64,000 nt of DNA from Patescibacteria group bacterium (GCA_041658665.1 JBAZZR010000001.1:192576-256575), one strand, 5' to 3'; counted from the first letter of the stretch, positions 25,896 through 37,700 are shown. The notes: generated by a model from the sequence alone, not told the origin. Numbers and translations: made by a program.

Positions 25896-26324
25896 ATGAA
25901 AAAAAATAAACAAGGCTTTACCCTAGTTGAGTTGCTCGTGGTCATAGCCATTATCGGTTTATTATCGACTCTAACGGTCTTATCCTTAAACACGGCGCGG
26001 GCACGGGCGCGCGACGCTAAGCGTATTGCCGATATTAAACAGATTCAGACGGCGTTAGAAATGTATTTTAATGACGCGAGCGATTACCCTTCGACAGTAG
26101 TATCAAGCACGGCCATGACTTATAGCGGCAGCACCTATTTAGCTTCTATTCCGGGAGCACCGATACCTCAAGACGGAACCTGTACGCTTATTAATAATCA
26201 GTATCTTTATACTAGAGATTCCAGCGGTCCGGCTGGTTCCTATCACATGACGTATTGTTTAGGATCGGCGACGGGCGGTGTTTCGGCTGGTCTTAATACT
26301 TCTACCCCGGCTGGTATTAAATAA
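25896..26324 (+). CDS. Major type IV pilin (prepilin with class III signal peptide)
   Basis: 'MKKNKQG/FTLVELLVVIAIIGLLSTL' is the canonical G-FTLxE prepilin cleavage/methylation motif. A strong RBS GGAAGGAGG precedes ATG 25896, and a terminator follows directly. Confidence 0.85.
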   Translation: MKKNKQGFTLVELLVVIAIIGLLSTLTVLSLNTARARARDAKRIADIKQIQTALEMYFNDASDYPSTVVSSTAMTYSGSTYLASIPGAPIPQDGTCTLINNQYLYTRDSSGPAGSYHMTYCLGSATGGVSAGLNTSTPAGIK

Positions 26325-26346
26325 ATATTTTTATTGGAGTATTTTC

Positions 26347-26372
26347 AAAAAGAGCTTGATAGCTCTTTTTTG
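26347..26372 (+). terminator. Rho-independent terminator after the pilin gene
   Basis: AAAAGAGCT-TGAT-AGCTCTTTT hairpin followed by a T-run. Confidence 0.7.
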
Positions 26373-26493
26373 ATATTAGACTTTAGTATTCTAGTGGTTG
26401 AGGTTTAAGACTCAATATCGCTTAAGTTTTCTCCGGCCTTATGTTATTATTTAAAAAGACGATAAGACACGATATTTGTTAAATATTTAAGGT

Positions 26494-27546
26494 ATGGAAT
26501 TATTTTATTTTAAAGCGGCGGCTGCGCTAGATAATTTTGTTAAAGAGTTTGCCGGGTCTCGGCCGGCGGGCGGCGCGGAGTTTTTGCAGTCCTGGGCTTG
26601 GGGCGAAATTTTACGCTCCGAGGGGCAAGAGATTAAACGCCTTGGGGTATTTGATAATAAAAACGTCGCCGCGGAAGTTAAGATAGAGGAGATATTAGCG
26701 GCGGCAACTTTAGTTAAGAAAAAATTATTCGGTCCGTATTTTTATTGGTACGCGCCGCGCGGTCCGCTATTCAAACGGGAGAGTCTAGGGAGCGGAGAAA
26801 ATATTAAAGCGCGCGACAGCGCGGAATTTTTAGCGGCGGCGATTAAAAAACTTAATTCGCGGGCGCTTTTTTTAAGACTAGAGCCGGCCGATGATTCGAT
26901 TTTTAAGAATTCGACTCTTAAAAAAACTTCAGATTTAGAGCCAGCGAAAACTTTAATTCTAGATTTATCTAAAAATACCGATGAATTACTACTCGCGATG
27001 CACCAGAAGACGCGCTATAATTTACGGTTAGCGCAGAAGAAGGGAATAAAGATTGTTGAAGGGGGAGCGGCTGATTTTCCGGAGTTCTGGCGTTTATTAA
27101 AATTAACGAGCGGTCGCGATTCTTTCCGTTTACACGCGGCTCGCCATTATCAGAATTTATTAGGCGCGCCGTCAGAATTTATTAAATTATTTTTTGCTGA
27201 ATACGAAGGGCGAAAAATCGCGGCTGGTCTATTTTCTTTTTGGGGCGATCGAGTTACTTATTTACACGGCGCCTCGGATAATCAGTATCGCCAGCTAATG
27301 GCGCCTTATTTATTACAGTGGTCGCTTATTAAATTAGCTCAAAATAAGGCTTATAAATACTATGATTTCTACGGTATTGCTGAAGCGAAATGGCCGGGCG
27401 TCACGCGTTTTAAATTAGGTTTTGGCGGCCAGGTTATAGATTATCCGGGGACTTTTGATTTAATTTTCTGTCCGAAAATATACGCTGTTTATTTTTATGT
27501 TCGGCGTCTAAAAAGAAAGTTCGCTCGCTTATTTTATTTTTTATGA
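26494..27546 (+). CDS. FemAB-family peptidoglycan interpeptide-bridge aminoacyltransferase
   Basis: 350 aa with 'FLQSWAWGE', 'MHQKTRYNLRLAQKKGIKI' and 'YLHGASDNQYRQLMAPYLLQW', all characteristic of the FemAB / lipid II aminoacyl-transferase family. Confidence 0.7.
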   Translation: MELFYFKAAAALDNFVKEFAGSRPAGGAEFLQSWAWGEILRSEGQEIKRLGVFDNKNVAAEVKIEEILAAATLVKKKLFGPYFYWYAPRGPLFKRESLGSGENIKARDSAEFLAAAIKKLNSRALFLRLEPADDSIFKNSTLKKTSDLEPAKTLILDLSKNTDELLLAMHQKTRYNLRLAQKKGIKIVEGGAADFPEFWRLLKLTSGRDSFRLHAARHYQNLLGAPSEFIKLFFAEYEGRKIAAGLFSFWGDRVTYLHGASDNQYRQLMAPYLLQWSLIKLAQNKAYKYYDFYGIAEAKWPGVTRFKLGFGGQVIDYPGTFDLIFCPKIYAVYFYVRRLKRKFARLFYFL

Positions 27547-28007
27547 TTGAAATAAATAGGACGACTAATTATCCAGTCGATAGGAAAAAAATTACTCTGC
27601 TCGCCGCTCGGTTTTTACGGCTTTATAAGAGAAGCCGATTTTCTGTTTCGCTAGCGCTAGTCGGCGCGGCGCGAATAAAGACTTTAAATTATCGTTATCG
27701 CCGCACCCCCCGCGCGACGGATGTTTTATCTTTTCCGGCGGCCGGGAGCGCGCTAATTAAAAACTATCTCGGCGAAATTATTATTAACACTAATGAATTA
27801 AAAAAACCTTATAAATACCAAGCGATGTTTAAGGAAATCGGCCTGGATTTTTCGTCTCTAAAAAAACAGAAAAAATATCGGGATTATCTTTTATATTTTT
27901 TGTTAGTCCACGGCTTATTACATCTCGTCGGCTATGACGATAAAACTGAGCCGGAGCGCTTAAGGATGCTTCAGCGCGGTCGGGATTTTTTACGCCGAGT
28001 GGTCTAA
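27543..28007 (+). CDS. ybeY: rRNA maturation endoribonuclease YbeY
   Basis: Zinc motif 'HGLLHLVGYDD' (HGxLHLxGYDH) and 'TDVLSFP'. The start overlaps the femAB-like stop (ATGA). Confidence 0.9.
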   Translation: MIEINRTTNYPVDRKKITLLAARFLRLYKRSRFSVSLALVGAARIKTLNYRYRRTPRATDVLSFPAAGSALIKNYLGEIIINTNELKKPYKYQAMFKEIGLDFSSLKKQKKYRDYLLYFLLVHGLLHLVGYDDKTEPERLRMLQRGRDFLRRVV

Positions 28008-28046
28008 CTTTATTTTTAAATTTTGTTTTTAAAGCGGCGAAAAAAG

Positions 28047-28055
28047 TGTTATAAT
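28047..28055 (+). promoter_or_regulatory. Extended -10 promoter TGTTATAAT
   Basis: An exact TGTTATAAT lies 24 nt upstream of ATG 28079. Confidence 0.5.
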
Positions 28056-28078
28056 TTAGAGGTAATTATTTAGCTAGC

Positions 28079-29476
28079 ATGGGAAAAGCCCTAAAAAAAA
28101 TCTTTTTTATTCTCAGCCTGACCAGCCTCAGTTTTTTTGTTTTAAGTACTCAGCGCGCCACAGCGACTTCGACTTTGCGCGGCGCGGCCTGGTGGGGCGA
28201 TCAGTATGAGTTTTTATATTTTAATTGTTTAGACGACGTTATGGGGGATCATTTAGACGTGACGGGTAATTTATATGCTTTACCCGAACCACGGGGTTTC
28301 CATTTTTATTCTTCGCCTTGTAGCGGTTTAGCGCACGGGGTTTTAATTAGCGATAATGGCAATTTTTCCGGCGCGGCTTGGAATTATTCTTTAGGTTTAG
28401 TATCGTTTGGCGGTACGAGTACGCCCCCTAGTTATACTTTTAATACTAATTGTCCGAGTACTTGTAACGCTACTAATAACTGTTGGGCTTGTTACCGGGA
28501 GGCTAACCAAAGAGTTTATGGTTGGGCGAAAGTAGATAACGGGAATACCTGGTTGGAGCTTGATAGTACGGCGACTTTGCCGACGATGATTCAATCTTGG
28601 AATCCGGCTTCTTCTAGTTTACCGGGGCATGATATTCCGCCCGGCGATTTCGTCGGTTACGCTTCGAGTCCGCTCGGCGATTTAAGTTTTAATTGCGAGA
28701 ACACCAATCCGGGACCGGGCAGTTGTTATAATTATAAAGTTCGTATTGATAATCTTCAGGTGGGCTATATGTCCGCGCCGAACTGGAGTTATAGCGAAGC
28801 CTGTTTATACGGGGCTTTAAACGCGGATTTGCGCTGGAAAATAAAAAGCGGCGAGCAAGCTAAATACGAAGTAGTTGTTAATACGGGCGCTAGCTTCAAT
28901 ACGAGTACGCATGATTATATTTGTTGGAGCGGTGTTCAGGATTCGACGCTCGTTGATCATTTTCGAGTTCCTAGTAGTTTGCCAGGAACGGATTGTCCGA
29001 GTTTAGCTTATGATACGGCTTATTATTGGTGGATTAGATTATACGACACGAGCGGGCGAATAACTCCTTGGTATCAATATGGTTCGGTTACCGGTTCCGA
29101 CGGCCAGACGACTTTTCGAACTTATAAGCACGAATTTCCTAGCCCGTATTTTTCTTGGGCGCCTTTTAGTGCGACGTCTTCCGCTTTAGTTAGTACGACG
29201 ACGGATTTTACCAGTAATTCTAATTATTATCCGATTGGTAATAATGCGCAAAGTTGTTGGCCAAGCAGTAACTGCAATTATCTTTGGACAACGAGTGACG
29301 AGGGAGCAATTATTGATAATCCTAGCAACGTGACGACTTCGATTGTGTTTATGCACGCGACTAATACGAGCGTGAGCTTAGCGGTGACGGATAGTGATAG
29401 TTATGTTTGCAGTACTTCGACGACTTTTACTATTTATTACGGCCTGCCTCTCTGGCAAGAAGTTAAGGCTAATTAA
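28079..29476 (+). CDS. Secreted Cys/Trp-rich protein with fourfold N-terminal repeat
   Basis: A signal peptide ends in ...RATA. Four spaced motifs (GAAWWGD..FLYFNC, GAAWNYSLGLVSFGG, GWAKVDNGNTWLELD, GYASSPLGDLSFNCE) follow, then a Ser/Thr-rich C-terminal half. No family was recognised. Confidence 0.55.
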   Translation: MGKALKKIFFILSLTSLSFFVLSTQRATATSTLRGAAWWGDQYEFLYFNCLDDVMGDHLDVTGNLYALPEPRGFHFYSSPCSGLAHGVLISDNGNFSGAAWNYSLGLVSFGGTSTPPSYTFNTNCPSTCNATNNCWACYREANQRVYGWAKVDNGNTWLELDSTATLPTMIQSWNPASSSLPGHDIPPGDFVGYASSPLGDLSFNCENTNPGPGSCYNYKVRIDNLQVGYMSAPNWSYSEACLYGALNADLRWKIKSGEQAKYEVVVNTGASFNTSTHDYICWSGVQDSTLVDHFRVPSSLPGTDCPSLAYDTAYYWWIRLYDTSGRITPWYQYGSVTGSDGQTTFRTYKHEFPSPYFSWAPFSATSSALVSTTTDFTSNSNYYPIGNNAQSCWPSSNCNYLWTTSDEGAIIDNPSNVTTSIVFMHATNTSVSLAVTDSDSYVCSTSTTFTIYYGLPLWQEVKAN

Positions 29477-29497
29477 TTATATATTTATTATATATTT

Positions 29498-30124
29498 ATG
29501 CTTAAAAAATTTTTATTTATTAAAAAATCATCTGGCTCGGCGGCGGCTTTTACGCTTTTAGAAATGGTTGTGAGTATTTCGATTATTGCTATTGTCGCTT
29601 CCTTATTTATCGCTAATTACCGAACGGGCAATAAGCGGGCCGATATTACTATGGCCGCGCAGGGCATCGTCGCGGATTTTCATTTAGCGCAGAATAAGAC
29701 TTTAGGCCTGGTTAAGTATAGCGGAGCGGTCCCCTTAGGCGGTTGGGGCTTAAGTTTTAATACCGCTCAGAATAGCTATACTCTTTTCGCCGATTCGCAG
29801 GGACCGGAGACCGGTGGTTATGGTTATATGACTTATGACTCTTCTCATATTGAAGGGCAAGTATTTTACGGAGCGAGAACAACGATTTTTCCGGCCGGTA
29901 TTAGAATAGAGAGTTTAAAGATGGGCGAAAATTTTGCGAATTTAGCGGACGCAGGGTCAAGAGTCGATGTTACTTTTTTACCGCCGGATCCGAAAACTAA
30001 TATTTATCGCGTCGATACCGGGGCAACCTCTTCTTTACTCGAAATTACTCTGCGCGAGTCGCTTAATAATACGGCGAAAACTATTCGCCTTAGCTTTCTT
30101 GGTTTAGCGGAAGTGGTTGATTAA
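29498..30124 (+). CDS. Minor pilin (prepilin-type N-terminal cleavage/methylation domain)
   Basis: Contains 'SAAAFTLLEMVVSISIIAIVA' (FTLxE with a hydrophobic helix). Confidence 0.7.
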   Translation: MLKKFLFIKKSSGSAAAFTLLEMVVSISIIAIVASLFIANYRTGNKRADITMAAQGIVADFHLAQNKTLGLVKYSGAVPLGGWGLSFNTAQNSYTLFADSQGPETGGYGYMTYDSSHIEGQVFYGARTTIFPAGIRIESLKMGENFANLADAGSRVDVTFLPPDPKTNIYRVDTGATSSLLEITLRESLNNTAKTIRLSFLGLAEVVD

Positions 30125-30130
30125 TAGTGG

Positions 30131-30700
30131 TTGATTAATTTATTAAAAATGTTTAGTCAGAAGCGAGACGACAAAATAATTGCGCGCGCGCCGCGCCAGG
30201 GGACGGATTTTTTTCGCGACCGGTCGGCTTTTTCAATTATTGAAATAATAACGGTTTTATTTATTGTTTCTTTCGGGCTGATTAGTATTTTATCGCTCAT
30301 TGTTCAAAATATTAAAAGTCAGGATTACAATAAAAAAACGCTCATGGCTTATCAACTGGCGCAAGAGGGGGTCGAACTTATTAGAAAAGTTCGGGATTCT
30401 AATTGGCGGGCACAGCGGAGTTTTAATTATAACTTAGCGTCGGGAACTTATTACATGGATTATCGGGACGACGCTCCACATCTTTTGCCGTCCGAACAGC
30501 TTTCGCTTAGAAATTTAGGGATAGATAGTAATGGTTTCTATATTCATGAGCCTCTGACAACGGCGAGCGATTTTTCGCGCTCGATCATTATTTCTAATAT
30601 TGATACTTATATTCTACAAATTTACTCCGATGTTTTTTGGACGGAAAATGGTCGGCTGAATAGTTATCGGATAACTACTTCTTTATATGATTGGTATTAA
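30131..30700 (+). CDS. Minor pilin-like protein
   Basis: Contains 'RSAFSIIEIITVLFIVSFGLI'. The listed start is TTG; an alternative ATG is at 30149. Confidence 0.6.
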   Translation: MINLLKMFSQKRDDKIIARAPRQGTDFFRDRSAFSIIEIITVLFIVSFGLISILSLIVQNIKSQDYNKKTLMAYQLAQEGVELIRKVRDSNWRAQRSFNYNLASGTYYMDYRDDAPHLLPSEQLSLRNLGIDSNGFYIHEPLTTASDFSRSIIISNIDTYILQIYSDVFWTENGRLNSYRITTSLYDWY

Positions 30701-31259
30701 GGGGCGCGAGCGCCAATTTAAAAAGCGGGGCGGATTCTCTTTAATCGAGATAGTCGTTTCGGTTACTTTATTTTCCGTGATTATTTTGTCGGTCACTAGT
30801 ATTTTTAAGCTCGTTATCGACAGCCAGCGGAGCGCTCTCGCGGCCCAAAACGTTCAGGAGAATATTAAATATTTCTTAGAAGTTATTGGCAAGGAGATGC
30901 GCATGGCCCAAAAAAATAAAGGGAATTGCGCGATTATTCCGGACGAAGATATTTTTGCAATTACCAGCGTCAACAGCGACGATAGTTTATTTTTTAGAAA
31001 TTATGACGGCGAATGCGTTAGCTATTCTTTAGCCGATGATGGCGGTAATACGCGTTTTTTAGTCAGTCGCGGAGTTAAAAGCGGTTTTATTTCGCCGGCG
31101 AAAATCGCCATTGACGGGCTCCATTTTTCTATTAGTGGCGGCACGACTACCCAGGCGATCGTCACGATAAATTTAAGAGCGCATGCCGTAGGGAGCGTCC
31201 AGTTTAAATCAGACATGATTATTCAGACCAGTATTAGCTCGCGGTATTATAAGGAATAA
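30687..31259 (+). CDS. Minor pilin-like protein (PilW-like position)
   Basis: Contains 'RGGFSLIEIVVSVTLFSVII' (G-FSLIE motif). It overlaps the upstream gene by 14 nt. Confidence 0.65.
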   Translation: MIGIKGRERQFKKRGGFSLIEIVVSVTLFSVIILSVTSIFKLVIDSQRSALAAQNVQENIKYFLEVIGKEMRMAQKNKGNCAIIPDEDIFAITSVNSDDSLFFRNYDGECVSYSLADDGGNTRFLVSRGVKSGFISPAKIAIDGLHFSISGGTTTQAIVTINLRAHAVGSVQFKSDMIIQTSISSRYYKE

Positions 31260-31269
31260 TTTAAGATTT

Positions 31270-31686
31270 ATGTTTATAGGAAAATTAAAAAATTATTATA
31301 AGTCCGGGCGCCAGTTACGCGGCAGCGCGCTTATTTTAACGCTATTTATCATGTCGGGCATGATGATTATCGCGCTCGGCGACGCTTATGTCGTCTTACT
31401 CGGTATTAAGGCGGCGGGGCTCCAAGCGAAGTCGACGAAGTCTTATTATATGGCCGAGGCCGGCGCGGAAAGACTTCTTTGGGAGCTAAGGAAAAACGCT
31501 TATTCTTATACTTATCCCTCGCTGAGCACGCCGATTTTTACCAATACTAATTCCGAGATTGTGCCGGATTATTTAGGCGGGACATATCAAGTTTATTTCA
31601 CGGATTTTGCTACTTCGCGCGTCTTAACTTTTAAATCAATCGGCTCTTTTCAGGATGCTAATCGCAGCGTCGAGATTAAATTTTAA
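31270..31686 (+). CDS. PilX-like pilus-associated protein
   Basis: The N-terminus 'RGSALILTLFIMSGMMIIALG' has a hydrophobic helix without Glu5, as in PilX N-terminal domains. It is the last small gene of the pilin block. Confidence 0.5.
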   Translation: MFIGKLKNYYKSGRQLRGSALILTLFIMSGMMIIALGDAYVVLLGIKAAGLQAKSTKSYYMAEAGAERLLWELRKNAYSYTYPSLSTPIFTNTNSEIVPDYLGGTYQVYFTDFATSRVLTFKSIGSFQDANRSVEIKF

Positions 31687-31711
31687 AAAGAGTTTTAGGG
31701 CGGTTTTTTTT

Positions 31712-31741
31712 CTTGGCAAGTATCCTAGAAAATGATATAAT
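31712..31741 (+). promoter_or_regulatory. Candidate promoter of giant gene 1 (TTGGCA-18-TGATATAAT)
   Basis: A -35-like TTGGCA and an extended -10 TGATATAAT lie 36 nt upstream of ATG 31777. Confidence 0.45.
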
Positions 31742-31776
31742 TTAATCTGTAAATAATTGAAGAAGATAAATTTTTA

Positions 31777-34700
31777 ATGCCTTTATCTTTCGGGCGGAAA
31801 TTAACCTTTTTACTGGCCGTTTTTATATTAAGCGGTGGTTTTTTATTAGTGTTTCCGGCGCAAAATGCTTTAGCTTATCATTCGCCTTCAAGTTATCAAA
31901 AACTTTATAACGATACCCTTACTTCCGATAACTGGAATGAACTACTTTTTTCTACTTCGACTCAGCCGGCCGGCACCGGCGATTTCGTTAATACTTGGCT
32001 GCCGGCTTTTATGAACGGACCGCTCGGCGTCGGCATGAGTACTTTTTCAAACGCCGGAGTTAGTTTAGACGTAGTTGGAAAAATTAAGACTGATGATTTA
32101 TTTTCGACCGGTAATATCGGAATCGGTACGACCATTCCATCGGCGCGACTCGAGGTCGCGGCTTTATCCGGCTATTCTATTTTAGGAGGTAGCCAGAAAA
32201 TCGGTAACGTCGCTAGTCCGACAGCGAGTTCCGACGTCGCGACTTTAGGCTGGGTTAATTCCGCTATTTCTTCAGCGACTGGCAGTATTACTCTTTGGGG
32301 CGGAACAACGGGCGGAAATATTTGGAATTTAAATTCGGGAAATATCGGAATCGGGACAACCGCGCCGGGTAGCTATAAATTAAATGTTCAAGGCGGGGAT
32401 GTTAATTTCGGCGGCGCTATTTTAGTAGCGGGAGCCTATGCTTATTTTGGTAATCCGGCTTCCGGCGCTTATTCGAACTTTGTCGGTAACAACGCGCCGG
32501 GGAAGACTTCTTTCGCGATCCGCGGGGCGACGAGTCAAACAGCTAATATTTTTAAAATCACTGACGCGACCGGAACGGCGGCGTATTTAGACGTTAACGC
32601 TTCGGGAAATGTCGGAATTGGGACGGCGAGTCCGCAAAGTAAATTACATGTTAGTGAGGACAGCGGGACTGGTGGATCTATTCAGGTTACCAGAGTTGGT
32701 CAGTATTCCTCTATTTTATATGGGAGCGATCTTAATTTCGACAGAGCGTCGACTGCATATATTACTGCTTCAAATGCGGCGGGTGCATTAAGTCTAAGAA
32801 CAGGTGGGTATAATAATCGATTGACAATATTATCAGGTGGAAATATTGGAATCGGGACGGCTAATCCAGCTAAGTTATTAAATTTATATGCTAGCTCTAC
32901 TTCGCCAACCGAATTATTAATTGAAAACAGTGGTTCAAATGGTTTTACTTCAGCTAGCATTATATTAAAAGGGAACGGTCCAAGCATATCATCTGAGGGT
33001 ATTTATAATTGGTCTCCTACTTACAGTAGCGGTAGCGGTTGGTATTTTGGTAGACCTTATGGTGGTGACGGTTTTTCGGTAAATTATCAAACAGGAGTGT
33101 TTAATGCTAATACCGCAAATGTTTCTAGGTCATTATTTTATATAACAAGTGCCGGTAACGTCGGAGTTGGTACGACTACTCCCGCCGCTAAATTAGAAGT
33201 TGCAGCTATTACTGGCTACTCTATTTTAGGCGGCAGTCAGAAAATAGGTAACGTCGCTAGTCCAACAGCTAACTCAGACGTCGCGACTTTAGGCTGGGTT
33301 AATTCGGCTATCTCTTCAGCCACTGGTAGTATTACTCTTTGGGGCGGAACGACGGGCGGAAATATTTGGAGTTTGAATTCGGGGAATGTGGGGATTGGAA
33401 TTACTAATCCTACGGCTAAATTAGAATTAGAAGTTAATGTGGGAAATGGAAATAGTTATGATATTTTAAAATTCAGTGGAAATTCAGGTGACTATGGGGG
33501 GTTGTGGCTTAAAAGTGAATGGAATTCTGGTCAGCAAAGTCGAATTGGATTCTATGGAACGAGCAGTACTTATAGAGGTATTGGATTTGCGACTAATGGA
33601 GCGACTACTCCCAATGTCTACATTAACGAAAGCGGCAACGTCGGTATCGGCACTACTACTCCCGCGTATAAATTAGAAGTTTTAGGTACATTAAATTTAC
33701 CAACTAATAATGCTATAAGATTCGATAGTACTAATAATAATGCTCCTTGGTATATTAGGAATTCTGGTACGGGCATGTCGACTTTATCTTTCGGTATCGG
33801 CGCTATTCAAAATTCTAATGATAAAATTGTCTTTAGTAGCTCCGGTTATTTAGGGGTTGGGACAAGTACGCCAGTCGCTAAATTAAATGTTGATAATGGA
33901 GATATTAGTGTAACTAATTCAGCGGCAGCAGGAGCGACGCGTGAAATAAGTGTTAGCCAGGTTAACGCCGGAGGAGGATGGGCAACGGCAATTGGTGCTG
34001 CGCCAGGCGTTTCTTATTTACGATCAATTCAAGGTGATCCGTTACAATTAAGAAGTGGAACGACGACGCTTATGTACTTAATGGGAAACGGTAATATTGG
34101 TATCGGTACTACCGCTCCCGCCGCTAAGTTAGAAGTCGCGGCCTCATCCGGCTATTCTATTTTAGGCGGCAATCAGAAAATTGGTAACGTTGCTAGTCCG
34201 ACGGCGAATTCCGACGTCGCGACTTTAGGCTGGGTTAATTCGGCGATCTCTTCAGCGACCGGCAGTATTACTCTTTGGGGCGGAACAACGGGCGGAAATA
34301 TTTGGAGTTTGAATTCTGGGAATGTGGGGATTGGGACAAGCGCGCCGGGCTATAAATTGGACATGCAGAATGTAGCAATTAATGGACAAACCTTGTTAAA
34401 TCTTGAAACTGTTGGTGAAAATAGTGCAAGACTTTTACGGCTAGCCGGTACTGCTCAAGCGGGTATTAATTTTACCAATACCGAAGTTAACCGAGATGAT
34501 TATGAGTTATACAATAATTATGGCACTTTTCAATTATATAATACTACTGACTCAAGGGTAGATATTCAGGTTACTTCTGGTGGCAATGTTTTATTGTCTC
34601 AGTCGGCTGGCAACGTCGGGATTGGAACAACTACGCCGGCTACAAATCTTCATGTTCAAGGTAGGGGGAATGTAGAGGGTAATGGAGTTGGAATATTGAA

Positions 34701-37700
34701 TCGCGCTGATATCCCAGGGTTGATGCTCTTAGATGATAGCACGGAATATGGAGCGTTACTGAATTACTATTCGGGTGATTTGAGAATTTTTAATAAAAAT
34801 AGTGCTAATAATTTTGCCATCTCCGACATGGCCATGATTATTAAGGGATCGGGCAACATTGGAATTGGAACGACTGCGCCAGAAGCCAAAATACATATCG
34901 CCGCTAATGATTTTACTACCAGTCTAATGGATTCGGCCGGAGGTACTTGGTGGTATGGTAATTATGATTATTACAGAAGATCAAGGGGAACTTTGTCGGC
35001 CAGGACTGCAGTCCAAGATGGAGATTTAATTGTAAATCATAATTATCAAGGGTATGACGGTAGTACTTGGCAGACAGGAGCGGGATTTCAGGTAAAAGTA
35101 GATGGCGCGGTTACGAGCGGTATAGTACCGATGCAATATTATTTAGAGAATCGTGGAGCAGATGGAATTTGGCGACAGAATTTAGTGATTAGATCGACCG
35201 GCAACGTCGGCATCGGGACGACTTCTCCTGTTGCTAAACTCGAGGTTGCGGCTTCATCCGGCTATTCTATTTTAGGCGGCAGTCAGAAAATAGGTAACGT
35301 CGCTAGTCCGACCGCGAATTCCGACGTCGCGACTTTAGGATGGGTTAATTCCGCTATTTCTTCGGCTACCGGCAGTATTACTCTTTGGGGCGGAACAACG
35401 GGTGGAAATATTTGGAGTTTGAACTCGGGGAATGTGGGGATTGGGACAAGCGCGCCGACTGCGAAACTTGATGTGAATGGAGATTTTAATCAGGGGCATA
35501 TCCTAACGAGCTATTCATCTTATGTCACTACTGGAGTACCTGAATATAAAACTGTTACTTTAAACGCAGTAGATGGTACAACATTGGATTGGTCGGCTAT
35601 GTATAGAATAAGAGTAGCTGTCAGCGGAGATACCTCAACTCAAACGGGGGCGACCTATCTAGTTTGGGATTCTTCTAGTTATGTCGGTGATGCGCGAGTT
35701 TGGAATATTAGAATGGTTAATAGAGCAGGAAGTACTTCTAATCATGTTCAAGCGAGATTAAACGGAAATACTGTCGAGGTATATCATACTCTCAATCCTA
35801 ATAGTTATGAGATAGCTGTTTTTGTAGAAAAGCTCGAAACTAATAATCAGAGCAGCCTTAGTTTATTTGGGGCGGATTATACTTGGCAAAGAGATATTAA
35901 TAGTCTTTATTACACAGACGGCAACGTCGGTATCGGCACAACTACGCCCAGTACAAAATTAGATGTATTTGGTAGCATACGTCTCGGTGACGGTGGAACT
36001 AATTCTGCTTTAACATTCAATTCTACTTTAAATGGATATTTAGTTTTAGGTGGTACGGCTAATTTATCAGTTTATCAAAATAGCGTGTATCCAATTACTA
36101 GTGAAGGGGCTGGCGCCGTTGGCAATACTCTATATTTAAAACAAGGTAATATTGGTATTAAGACGGCAAATCCTAGAGGAAACTTAGATGTAACCGGAGC
36201 GGACGCAGCCGCTACCACAGGAGCGACCGCTAATGGCGGACTTATTATTAGTGGATCTGGAACTGGAGTTATTAATTCAATGGGTGTTTATTCTGCCGGA
36301 ACTCCTTACGCTTGGATTCAGCCAAGATATGCAACAAGCGCTACATATTATAATTTAATTTTGAATCCTAACGGCGGCAACGTCGGCATCACTACCGCTA
36401 CTCCGACCGCTGAATTAGAAATGGGATTAGGCGCTGGCTATTCTATCCTCGCCGGCAGTCAGAAAGTAGGTAACATTGCTCTGCCGACTATTGCTTCAGA
36501 CGCGGCGACTAAAGGATATGTTGATTCATCTATTGGTAGCGGGATAAACGGTTCGACTAATTATATTCCTAAATTTACTGGGGCAAATTCTATCGGCGAC
36601 AGTGTTATAAGACAACAAACTTCTGGTGGTACCGGAGTCGATGTCGGCGCATATGTTTCTTTAGGTTTTTCTGGTTCTAATTATGGTTCAGTGGGTTATA
36701 ATTTAGCTTTTTTAGCCACGAGCAGCCAATTTAATTATCGTCATACAGACACCGCCTCTAAATTAGAGTTTGCTTCTGGCGGATTTCAATTCGAAACAGC
36801 GCCTTCAGGAACGGGTGGAACAGCTATTTCATTTTCTCGCGCTTTGACTATTTTGCAGAATGGTAATATTGGAATTGGGACACCATCGCCAAGTTCGAAA
36901 TTAGAAGTAAGCTCCGTCACTGGAACAGTTGATTCTGGTTCAGGATTGGAAATAACTGGTACTGGAACAGGGGCACAGAGCTGGTATATAACTCCTACAG
37001 CATCTCAAACACTTCTTATCGGTCGCCCGGCTTTAAGATTAATAGCTATCGGTAATGATGGTAGTCTTGGAGGAGGAGGTTTGGGTTCTGACGCGGCGGC
37101 AAGCACTGACGCGGCATATTATTTCAATGGTAGTGCGGGTAATTCTTGGATTAATGCCGGGAATGTGGGAATTGGGACGACGGGGCCGGGTAAATTGTTG
37201 GAATTGTCTTCGACATCAGCACCTTCTTTAAGAATTAGAAATACAAATTATACCCCAAATAGAACCTTTGATATTGTAGCTCAAGATTCTGGCGGTCTCT
37301 ATATTGTTGATAAAGACAGCCATTATTTAATGAATATTAATGACACCACCAATGGCATTATAATAGGCACATCTTATGCTACTGGTGCTTATAGTCCGCC
37401 ATCAGATGGATTATTAGTACAAGGTAACGTCGGTATCGGTACCACTTCTCCCGTCGCTAAACTCGAGGTCGCGGCTTTATCCGGCTACTCTATCCTCGCC
37501 GGCAGTCAGAAAATAGGGAACGTCGCTCTACCGACTGCTGTTTCGGACGCGGCGACTAAAGGATATGTTGATAGTTCTTTTGCTCCGGGCGGGAGTAATT
37601 CTCTTTGGAACGGTACTTCGACGGGAAATATCTGGAATATGAATTCTGCTAACGTCGGTATCGGAACGACTAATCCGACTGATAAATTATATGTATCCTA

